A stretch of DNA of 64,000 bases from Planctomycetaceae bacterium. Lineage in GTDB: Bacteria > Planctomycetota > Planctomycetia > Planctomycetales > Planctomycetaceae. The stretch is from the NCBI GenBank assembly GCA_002724315.1, contig PBOJ01000102.1, positions 10,925 through 74,924 on the forward strand, written 5' to 3'. Below, piece by piece: positions 36,101 to 43,363 of the stretch (position 1 is its first letter; every line of letters starts with the position of its first letter). Position numbers and translations under genes: made by a program. The notes beneath the pieces are model-generated. The model was not told the DNA's origin, made no database searches, and saw only the letters and a list, made by a program, of their open reading frames with translations.

Positions 36101-38776
36101 GCCAGCCAGATCCTCGGTGCCCTGCTCCAGATGAACTCGCGGATCGGACTGCTCCGTTACCACGCTCGCTCGCGAGCGATGGCCAAGGTCTTCTGGTCCC
36201 GCTTCGGGGACAAACCGTCCAAGGACCGTATCGCCGCACAGCTCCGGGGTTTCGGCAACGTCAGCCGCGCCTTTCCCGGCACCGGCGCACAGGCCGCCTA
36301 CGTCGCCTCGCTGACCGGGATGCTCGAACAGTTCGTCACCGACGAGGGGCTGTTCCACAACAACCTCGTCGGGGAAGCCGCCGAGTATCTCTTCGCCGAA
36401 CTCACCGACCCCGACTCGGGATTCGTCATCAGTCGCACCGCAGCCGAATTGCACGATTCGTTCACCGCCCATCTCAAGAGTTCCGGGCACGACAGCCAGT
36501 TCACCCAGAGCCTGTCCGGGGTCAAGAAGGACTCGGCCGGCGGACTCCACGTGGCCCGGGATTGGGTCGAGGCCTTTCTCGAAAGCCGTGCCGACGCCGA
36601 GACGGCCGACTACATCGACGAGGTGGCGGTCTTGCTGCTGGAGGGATCCATCGATCGCAAGGCCGTCGTCGACGCTTCGGCCGTCGCCGAGCTCGACGAC
36701 CTAGCCGGTGACCACTCCGTCATCGACGGCAGCCACTACCACCTGCACTACAACCGCTTCATGCAGAGGCTGGCACGCTTCCACCAGAATCGCGTGCCGC
36801 GGTTCCTGGCCTACCAGGAGCAGAAGAAAGAACTGGTCGAAACGGCGCGGGAGGGAATGCGACTCGAGGAGTTCCGGCCCCGCGTCCTGACCTCGTTCGT
36901 ACGCAACAAGCTGATCGACCAGGTCTATCTCCCTGTCGTCGGTGACAACCTGGCCAAACAGATGGGTGTTGTCGGCGAGGAGAAGCGAACCGACCTGATG
37001 GGGCTGCTGCTGCTGGTCTCACCGCCAGGTTACGGCAAAACCACGTTGATGGAGTACATCGCCAACCGGCTGGGCATCATCTTCATGAAGATCAACGGCC
37101 CGGCCATCGGTCACCACGTCACCTCGCTGGACCCATCCGAGGCACCCAATGCAGCCGCCCGCGAGGAAGTCGAGAAACTGAACCTCGCCCTGGAAATGGG
37201 CGACAACGTGATGATCTATCTCGACGACATCCAGCACACCAACCCGGAGTTCCTCCAGAAGTTCATCTCGCTGTGCGACGCCCAGCGAAAGATCGAGGGT
37301 GTCTACAAGGGCCGCACACGCACCTACGACCTGCGGGGACGCAAGGTCTGCGTCGTGATGGCCGGCAACCCGTACACCGAGAGCGGTGAAAAGTTCCAGA
37401 TCCCCGACATGCTCACCAACCGGGCCGACATCTACAACCTCGGCGAGATGATCGGTGAGAGTGCCGAGGCGTTCGAGATGAGTTACCTCGAGAACTGCCT
37501 CACCTCCAATTCCGCCCTCAACCAGCTGGCCACCCGCAGCCAGGACGATGTCTACGCTGTGATCCGCATGGCCGAGGGCGAGACGCCCGACGGCATCGAA
37601 CTCGAAGGCAACTACTCGGCCGAAGAACTCTCCGAATTCGTCGTCGTGATGAAGAAGCTGATGCGGGTCCGCGACGTGATCCTGGCGGTCAATCGCGAGT
37701 ACATCCGCTCGGCGGCCATGTCCGATGACTACCGCACCGAGCCGGCCTTCAAGCTGCAGGGATCCTACCGCAACATGAACCGGATCGCCGAAAAGGTGGT
37801 CCCGATCATGAACGATGACGAACTCCAGTCGCTGATCGTCTCCAACTACGAGAACGACTCACAGACGCTGACCTCCGATACCGAGGCCAACCTGCTGAAG
37901 TTCAAGGAACTGATCAACGCCCTGACCGAGGACGAAGTCGCCCGGTGGGAGACAATCAAGAAGACCTTCCAGCAGAACGTGAAGATGCGAGGTGTCGGCG
38001 CCGACGACAAGGTCGGACAGGTGGTCGTCCAGTTGAGCAGCTTCAGCGAGGGACTCGAGTCGATACGTGACGCGATGGCCGACGGACTTGAACAACTCGC
38101 CGCCGGAAACGGCGAACCGGCTGCAGTGGTTGAGGACCAGGAGCAGACGGACCCAGAACCCGCCGCCCTCGAGCAGCTGCTCACCGGACAACTCGACGGC
38201 GTCACCTCCGGGCTGGACCAGATTCGCCAGGCCATGGCCGATGGACTCGACCGACTCGTTTCGAGCGATTCCTCCGACGCCGCGTCGCCGGCCGCCAACG
38301 CGGACATCGCCGGACACGTTGCCGGTCTCCGGGAAAGTCTCGATGCCATTCGCGACGCGTTGTCCGAAGCGGCCGCCCGCCCGGTCACCGTTGCCGCGGC
38401 CGAACCGGAAGCGGAAGAACAGCCGGACGAAACCGAAGACGAATCATCCCAGACGGACGTTCTGCCGGTGACGGTCGTCGAACCCGACGACCCCGAGGAC
38501 GAAGACGGAGAAGAAGAACTCGAGCGACTTGCCGGTGCGAACACGATCACCGTCGTCAACAAGATCCCGCCCAGCCTGCTGAAGGTACTCCGGCAGCAGT
38601 TTCGTCTGATGGAAGGCTGGATGGAACCACTGTTGAAGAGCAGCCAGACGCAACAGAAGGAGCTCAGGGAGCTCCGCGAGCATCTCGACACGACCCTCGA
38701 TGACTACGAACGCCTGATCGGGCAAGTCTCGGGCAGAAAATCCAAGCGAGGCCGAGCCCGTCGGGCCGACAGCTAG
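33116..38776 (+). CDS. Giant (about 1,886 aa) multidomain protein: unassigned N-terminal globular region, long alpha-helical middle, MoxR/AAA_5-like ATPase module, repeat-bearing acidic C-terminal tail
   Basis: Continuous ORF 33080(TTG)..38776; ATG at 33116 preferred. Walker A LLLLVSPPGYGKTTL (about nt 37009-37053). Walker B NVMIYLDDIQH (about nt 37198-37233). AAA_5-like VCVVMAGNPYTESGEKFQIPDMLTNRADIYNL. Only 36 nt after flotillin stop. Confidence 0.8.
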   Translation: MADEERLQNEAAAADSTADAASQTTDNAPGAPATGDGPQLESGTYEIIRGRLVSHGQDLRKRLGTLNDARKDAFGSIETTLLGTERITTEHNCVPRDMVSIGSHLLFGYNVTFGLKSEINIEDVFAVHGFADGKFSPGTLDLISDDRFRKDFEDVYKYYKHATFARFFQTDVYLFMVFRVGASVNDIKSFKWAISDDGLTYIDNRSDHEVVFPPQHGFEWTLATRDMQQSGTHPHISIADRVFVETVGGDLTVKIEDNTASGEGIYSEPVEHVDQTLDDARVDYSILGNIILMKVRPYQENADRYLVYNEKAQQVVRLDSIEHACVMLPDDHGLIFSNGYYLQTGENKTFESDLQDMQFAGRIDSPNGEDFLYVFHNRDSGVYILLNYNLIEQKVETPLICHGFSLFDGGELVCFRSQEAAAKHHAIQVWQTPYTGEGYEPPGQEETFLHKVGNKDIVRGMAECHEVLGLINKEDTYANLYVDIVKQSTDILDSFFWITNEETGSLATPLGEIRNAAASAIDEFEKVVRVKRNTASETSRVEGETREIIADVSRRRFETIQDFVDSLAALRRIRGDIITLRDLRYVDTALVDQLEQEVSEQNDTLSHRCVEFLLRPESLAPYEKKVAEELAGIEELTKVSDAKTLQEAIDQSAADLEMLIDIVSNLEIDDATQRTAIIDNISNIFSTVNQARAALKKKSRDLMSVEGVAEFNSQLKLLDQSIVNYLDVCDSPEKCDEFLTKVMIGIEELEGRFAEFDEFVVQLSEKRDEVYNAFESRKLQLVEARNKRANALMSAAERILGGIQSRVGTLESVNDINGYFASDLMIDKVRDIVDQLKELEDSVKVDDIQSRLKTIREDAVRQLKDRQDLFVGGDNVIKMGNHHFSVNVQQLDLTTVFRDDEMALHLTGTDFFEPIGDEDFLATRELWRQDIVSETAEVYRGEYLAYRLFQGLGSGELPERDEVLAMEPDARLAVVQEFMGPRYAESYVKGVHDRDASQILGALLQMNSRIGLLRYHARSRAMAKVFWSRFGDKPSKDRIAAQLRGFGNVSRAFPGTGAQAAYVASLTGMLEQFVTDEGLFHNNLVGEAAEYLFAELTDPDSGFVISRTAAELHDSFTAHLKSSGHDSQFTQSLSGVKKDSAGGLHVARDWVEAFLESRADAETADYIDEVAVLLLEGSIDRKAVVDASAVAELDDLAGDHSVIDGSHYHLHYNRFMQRLARFHQNRVPRFLAYQEQKKELVETAREGMRLEEFRPRVLTSFVRNKLIDQVYLPVVGDNLAKQMGVVGEEKRTDLMGLLLLVSPPGYGKTTLMEYIANRLGIIFMKINGPAIGHHVTSLDPSEAPNAAAREEVEKLNLALEMGDNVMIYLDDIQHTNPEFLQKFISLCDAQRKIEGVYKGRTRTYDLRGRKVCVVMAGNPYTESGEKFQIPDMLTNRADIYNLGEMIGESAEAFEMSYLENCLTSNSALNQLATRSQDDVYAVIRMAEGETPDGIELEGNYSAEELSEFVVVMKKLMRVRDVILAVNREYIRSAAMSDDYRTEPAFKLQGSYRNMNRIAEKVVPIMNDDELQSLIVSNYENDSQTLTSDTEANLLKFKELINALTEDEVARWETIKKTFQQNVKMRGVGADDKVGQVVVQLSSFSEGLESIRDAMADGLEQLAAGNGEPAAVVEDQEQTDPEPAALEQLLTGQLDGVTSGLDQIRQAMADGLDRLVSSDSSDAASPAANADIAGHVAGLRESLDAIRDALSEAAARPVTVAAAEPEAEEQPDETEDESSQTDVLPVTVVEPDDPEDEDGEEELERLAGANTITVVNKIPPSLLKVLRQQFRLMEGWMEPLLKSSQTQQKELRELREHLDTTLDDYERLIGQVSGRKSKRGRARRADS

Positions 38777-38807
38777 GGGCGGCTCTTGCCCCCTGCCGAC
38801 GCCGGCA
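38776..38807. terminator. Two adjacent short GC hairpins between convergent genes (GGGGC-ggctctt-GCCCC and TGCCG-acgc-CGGCA); weak candidate bidirectional terminator
   Basis: Inverted repeats read directly. No strong U-tract, so low confidence. Confidence 0.3.
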
Positions 38808-38860
38808 AACATCTTCAGCCCGCCTCGCAGAACGCCCCCACGCGGAGCCACGACCTCCGC

Positions 38861-39220
38861 TCACCCTCCCCGCCTCCAGTGCAGGCGGTTCTTGCTGAGC
38901 ACGCCACGGCGACGCGCACACTCCAGGCAAAATTTCTCGTCGTCGTACTGGACATACAGTTCGCCGGCCATCAGCAGGTGATAGAACTCCTCGCCGGGGT
39001 TCTTGGCGAAACAGTACTCACGCTCCCAGGTCGTCTTGAGTTTCACCGTCCAGCCGTCCTCCCAGCCGGGCAGGTAGAGCCGCGAATCGTCGTCCGTTTC
39101 CGGCGATTGACTGGTGTCCTCGTCGGCCAAGTTGTCGGAATCACCCGAAATCGGCTGCGACGGTGGCCCGTCCCACAGGTCATCGAGATTCGAAAACCCC
39201 TCGGGAAGTTCTCCGCTCAT
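38861..39220 (-). CDS. Hypothetical small acidic protein with C-terminal Cys/His-containing domain
   Basis: 119 aa. Acidic N-terminal half (DSDNLADEDTSQSPETDDDS). C-terminal WTVKLKTTWEREYCFAKNPGEEFYHLLMAGELYVQYDDEKFCLECARRRG (C-x16-H-x19-C-x2-C). Convergent with giant ATPase gene. Confidence 0.5.
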   Translation of the reverse strand: MSGELPEGFSNLDDLWDGPPSQPISGDSDNLADEDTSQSPETDDDSRLYLPGWEDGWTVKLKTTWEREYCFAKNPGEEFYHLLMAGELYVQYDDEKFCLECARRRGVLSKNRLHWRRGG

Positions 39221-39499
39221 CGATCACTCCCATTGGATAACGGCCGACCATTAATACGCGGGTCATGCGATCGGTGCAATACGCCACATCGGTACCCCGC
39301 GCAATCGTCAACTCCAGTCAAATGAGCAAATTCGTCCGCGCGACCATTCCGGTCGGTCCGGTCACACACACCGTAACGATGTGAACGCCGTCCGCCGCGT
39401 TCCCACATTTGGTGTCAAACTATCGCCGATAGGTAAGCTGGACAGGTCGGCCAAACTGTCCCGCTCCCAACACCTTGACGCACCAGGAAGACTCTACTG

Positions 39500-39802
39500 A
39501 TGAGCGACACCCTTGCTGAGATCCGGACGCTGGACGATCTGCAAAACTTCGTACGCAACACACTCTGTGACAAAGAGAACCTGCTGGCCGAAATCACCTC
39601 GATGACTCAGCGGGCCCTGTCACGACGCGGCCGCAATTGTGGGCTGCAGTTTTCCGTCCAGGGACCCCGGAACGTTCGCCTGGGCGCTATCTGGGAAAGC
39701 GACCACAACCAGATCTACTTCTATGACGCCCGGGGCAATCGCTACCTCAAGCTCCCGCTCCCGCATCGCATCGAGATCGACTCGCTCGCCGGAGCCTGCT
39801 AG
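39500..39802 (+). CDS. Hypothetical protein (100 aa)
   Basis: MSDTLAEIRTLDDLQNFVRNTLCDKENLLAEITSMTQRALSRRGRNCGLQFSV...; no recognisable motif. Clean ATG. Stop overlaps nadB stop region. Confidence 0.45.
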   Translation: MSDTLAEIRTLDDLQNFVRNTLCDKENLLAEITSMTQRALSRRGRNCGLQFSVQGPRNVRLGAIWESDHNQIYFYDARGNRYLKLPLPHRIEIDSLAGAC

Positions 39803-41421
39803 CTCGTCGCGATGATGTCGAGGTGCCTCGCCTGCGCAGCGTCGGTCCGGGGGAAGTCGCTCCGCAGGTGGACGCCCCGGCTTTCGGTGCGGGCTCTGGC
39901 CGAGGCAATCATCAGCTGAGCGACCAACAGCAGATTCTGCAGTTCCCATCCCGCCATCTCGCTCAGCTCGCGGTTCGACACGAACCCGTCCCAGAACTCG
40001 ACCCTTTCGGCCGCTTCCTGCATCGACGTCTCGGTTCGCTCGATGCCGACCTGCCGCCACATCAGGCTCGACAGCGAGTTCCTCAGGTCCGTGATGTTCA
40101 ATTCGTCGTCATCTCTCTCGAAGAGGTCTGAGTCCGACGAAAATGTGGGCACTGCGAAATCGTCGGGAATCAATTTCGCTGCCTTCGAAGCGGCCTCCCC
40201 GGCCCGGGCTCCATAGACCAGCCCTTCGACGAGGCTGTTGGATGCCAGACGGTTAGCCCCGTGCAATCCGGTCGAAGTCACCTCACCCGCAGCCCACAGA
40301 CCTGGCAGGGTCGTTCGCCCCTGGTCGTCGACGGTGACCCCTCCGATCATGTAGTGCGCCCCGGGCCGAACCGGAATCTGGTCACAGGTGACATCCAGTC
40401 CGAAATCCGCACAGACACTGGCAATGTGAGGAAACCGGGAGCGGACGAAATCGGCATCCAGGTGCGAAAGATCCAGGTACACACAGGGGTGATTGGTCTT
40501 GGCCATCTGTTGGGTGATCGCCTGGCTGACCACGTCTCGAGGCGCCAACTCGGCTGCCTGGTCAAAATCCGGCATGAAGCGGTGACCGTGGCAATCCCGC
40601 AGCCAGGCTCCTTCACCCCGGATTGCCTCGGTGATCAGATGACGCGAACTGCCGGCGATGTAGAGCACCGTGGGGTGAAACTGCATGAACTCCATGTCCC
40701 GCAAGCTGGCACCGGCACGGAAGGCAATCGCATGTCCGTCTGCGGTGGCAATCTCGGGATTGGTCGTCTCGCGGAACAACTGTCCCGCTCCGCCGGTGGC
40801 CAGGATCGTCTGCTTGGCCCACACGCAGGTCGTCGGCCTTGCGGGATCATGTACGATCGCCCCACGGCAGTGGCCGTCGACGGTCAGCAGATCGATCGTG
40901 AACGTATTCTGCCATACTTGGACCCCATCCCGCTGGACTGCCGCCTCCTGCAATGCCCTCATCACCTCACGTCCGGTCGCGTCTCCATTGGCATGGACGA
41001 CCCGACGGTGACTGTGCCCCCCCTCACGAGTCAGATCAATCAGTCCGTCGGTCTCGTCGAAGCGGGTACCGATCCCGATCAACTCGCGGATTCGTTCCGG
41101 GGCCTCTCGCACCACCATTTCGACCACGTCGTGATCGCACAGCCCCTTGCCCGCAGCGATCGTATCGGCAGTGTGGTTGGCGAAGTCATCGAGCGGATCA
41201 AGTACGCCGGCAATGCCGCCCTGGGCCTCGGCACTGTTGGAGAGTGTCAGCAGATCCTTGGTGACCACGACGGCCGTGAGCCCCGGCTCGAGTCCCAACG
41301 CGGCTCGCAATCCGGCGATCCCTCCACCGATCACCAGAACGTCGGTGAACACATGCGACACCTCCGTCGGCACGATGCTGACCAGGTGGCGACGGCGAAG
41401 TGAAAACTCGATCGATGTCAC
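39799..41421 (-). CDS. nadB: L-aspartate oxidase
   Basis: FAD-binding VLVIGGGIAGLRAAL. Fumarate reductase/succinate dehydrogenase flavoprotein family blocks. C-terminal …GLHGANRLASNSLVEGLVYGARAG…; about 540 aa matches NadB length. Confidence 0.85.
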   Translation of the reverse strand: MTSIEFSLRRRHLVSIVPTEVSHVFTDVLVIGGGIAGLRAALGLEPGLTAVVVTKDLLTLSNSAEAQGGIAGVLDPLDDFANHTADTIAAGKGLCDHDVVEMVVREAPERIRELIGIGTRFDETDGLIDLTREGGHSHRRVVHANGDATGREVMRALQEAAVQRDGVQVWQNTFTIDLLTVDGHCRGAIVHDPARPTTCVWAKQTILATGGAGQLFRETTNPEIATADGHAIAFRAGASLRDMEFMQFHPTVLYIAGSSRHLITEAIRGEGAWLRDCHGHRFMPDFDQAAELAPRDVVSQAITQQMAKTNHPCVYLDLSHLDADFVRSRFPHIASVCADFGLDVTCDQIPVRPGAHYMIGGVTVDDQGRTTLPGLWAAGEVTSTGLHGANRLASNSLVEGLVYGARAGEAASKAAKLIPDDFAVPTFSSDSDLFERDDDELNITDLRNSLSSLMWRQVGIERTETSMQEAAERVEFWDGFVSNRELSEMAGWELQNLLLVAQLMIASARARTESRGVHLRSDFPRTDAAQARHLDIIATS

Positions 41422-41481
41422 TCGAACAGGCCCTCGTCCGATCCACCCGGGATGCTTCGGGTACGAACCGGCAACGGACGA

Positions 41482-42276
41482 CTAGATCGTGGTGGCCATG
41501 AAACCGCCGTCGACCACCACGTTTTCTCCCGTCAGAAAACTGCCCGCCCTGGGACTGGCCAACAACAGAATCGCTCCGGCCAATTCGTGCGGTTCACCGA
41601 ACCGATCAATCGGCGTGTGCCCCATGATGCTGGCCACACGTTCTTCGGTCAGAACCTTCCGGTTCTGCTCGGCGGGGAAGAACCCGGGAGAGAGCGCGTT
41701 GACGCGGATACCGACCGCGGCCCACTCACGGGCCAGGTTCTGGGTCAGATTGATCACCGCGGCCTTGGTTGCCGAGTAGGTGAAGACCCGCGAGAGCGCG
41801 GTGATACCCGAGAGGGAGGCGATGTTGACAATCGAACCGCCCTGGCCGTCGGCCAGCATCGCGCCGCCGAAGACCTGACAGCCCAGCCGTACCCCGGTGA
41901 GGTTGATCGCCAGGATCCGCTCCCATTCATCCTCATCGATCTCCAGGAACGGGGTGGCCGAGTTGATGCCGGCTCCGTTGATCACGATGTCGGGACGACG
42001 TCCGGACTCCGAGAGGTGCGAGACAATCGCCTGGAAATCCTCCCGCGACGTGTTGTCCACCGGCTGAAATTCGGCTGATCCCCCGCCGGCAACAATCGCC
42101 TCAGCCCGGGCTTCGCCCCGTTCGGCACTCCTTCCGGCCACAACCACGTGAGCACCCGCGGCTCCCAGCGCGTCGCAGAAAGCACCACCCAACACTCCGG
42201 TGCCACCGATCACGACGGCCGTCAGTCCGTCCAGGCCAAAGAGTTCCTGTAGGTAATCCTGCGTTGAAATCGTCAT
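41482..42276 (-). CDS. Short-chain dehydrogenase/reductase (SDR) family oxidoreductase
   Basis: VIGGTGVLGGAF Rossmann motif. YSATKAAV catalytic YxxxK. 264 aa. Confidence 0.85.
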   Translation of the reverse strand: MTISTQDYLQELFGLDGLTAVVIGGTGVLGGAFCDALGAAGAHVVVAGRSAERGEARAEAIVAGGGSAEFQPVDNTSREDFQAIVSHLSESGRRPDIVINGAGINSATPFLEIDEDEWERILAINLTGVRLGCQVFGGAMLADGQGGSIVNIASLSGITALSRVFTYSATKAAVINLTQNLAREWAAVGIRVNALSPGFFPAEQNRKVLTEERVASIMGHTPIDRFGEPHELAGAILLLASPRAGSFLTGENVVVDGGFMATTI

Positions 42277-42347
42277 CGCTGTACTTGCTCCCCGGAAAGA
42301 TCGCCGCCGGACGGCTCGAATCGAATGTGGTCACCAGCAGCAAGCAT

Positions 42348-43196
42348 CTAGCCGTCGATGAACTCGGGCTCAATCCGCTCCGGGATCACACCCGCCTCGT
42401 GGCCGCGAGCCAACAGCACCCGTACCGCCTCCCGGCCTCGTTCGCCGAAATCCAGCGTCCAGTCGTTGACGTACATGCCCACGAAAGTGTCCGCTTTCTG
42501 GTGATCAAGATCCCGGCCATACTGCAGGGCGTAAGCCAGCGCCTCGTCGCGATGCTCCAGCCCGTACTCGATGCTTCGCTTCAGGTGCGTCGTCACCTCC
42601 TGCATCACCGCCAACCCCAGGTCCTTGCGGATCGCGTTGGCCCCCAGCGGCAGCGGCAAACCGGTTTCCTGCATCCACCACTTGCCCATATCGACAACAA
42701 GGTGCAGTCCCTGCTCTCCGTAGGTCAACTGTCCTTCATGGATGATCAACCCCGCATCGGCCTCGCCCGCTTCGACGATGTCCAGCAATTTATCAAACGG
42801 GTGCACCTCGTACTCGAAGTCGTCCCCGAGCAGCAATTTCAGCGACAGGAAGGCGGTCGTCAGCGTTCCCGGCACCGCGATTTTCTTGCCTCGCAGATCA
42901 TCGATCGACCAAGGCTCCCGTGCGACGACCATCGGGCCGTAATCGTCTCCCATGCTCGCACCACAACTGCAGATCGCGTAGATGTCCGTCAGGTGCGCGT
43001 ATCCGTGCAGGCTGACGGCGGTCAGTTCCAGTTCTCCCTTGAACGCCCGGTGATTGAGCGTTTCGATGTCGACCAGTTCGTGGGTGAACCGGTAACGACC
43101 GGTGTCAATACAGTTGTTGGCCAACGCGTGGAACATGAAGGCGTCGTCGGGGTCGGGACTGTGTCCAACCTGGATCGTGATCGTCTCGTCGCTCAT
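42348..43196 (-). CDS. Menaquinone-biosynthesis (futalosine pathway) MqnA/MqnD-family protein
   Basis: ORF trimmed to MSDETITIQVGHSPDPDDAFMFHALANNCIDTG...; periplasmic-binding-protein-like fold family (PF02621-like). I cannot discriminate MqnA from MqnD by eye. Confidence 0.55.
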   Translation of the reverse strand: MSDETITIQVGHSPDPDDAFMFHALANNCIDTGRYRFTHELVDIETLNHRAFKGELELTAVSLHGYAHLTDIYAICSCGASMGDDYGPMVVAREPWSIDDLRGKKIAVPGTLTTAFLSLKLLLGDDFEYEVHPFDKLLDIVEAGEADAGLIIHEGQLTYGEQGLHLVVDMGKWWMQETGLPLPLGANAIRKDLGLAVMQEVTTHLKRSIEYGLEHRDEALAYALQYGRDLDHQKADTFVGMYVNDWTLDFGERGREAVRVLLARGHEAGVIPERIEPEFIDG

Positions 43197-43363
43197 CTTC
43201 TCGCCGTAATTCTGCACAGGGAAACTGCCGCGGGTGCTACTGGAACACCCACTCGGATCGAGCCGAAACCACCATTTCCGGCGGCCTGGCAAAGCCGTTT
43301 GCCATGGTAGGCCAATGCACTACCATTGGCCACCTTCCCCCCGCCCAGGGTCAATTGACACTG

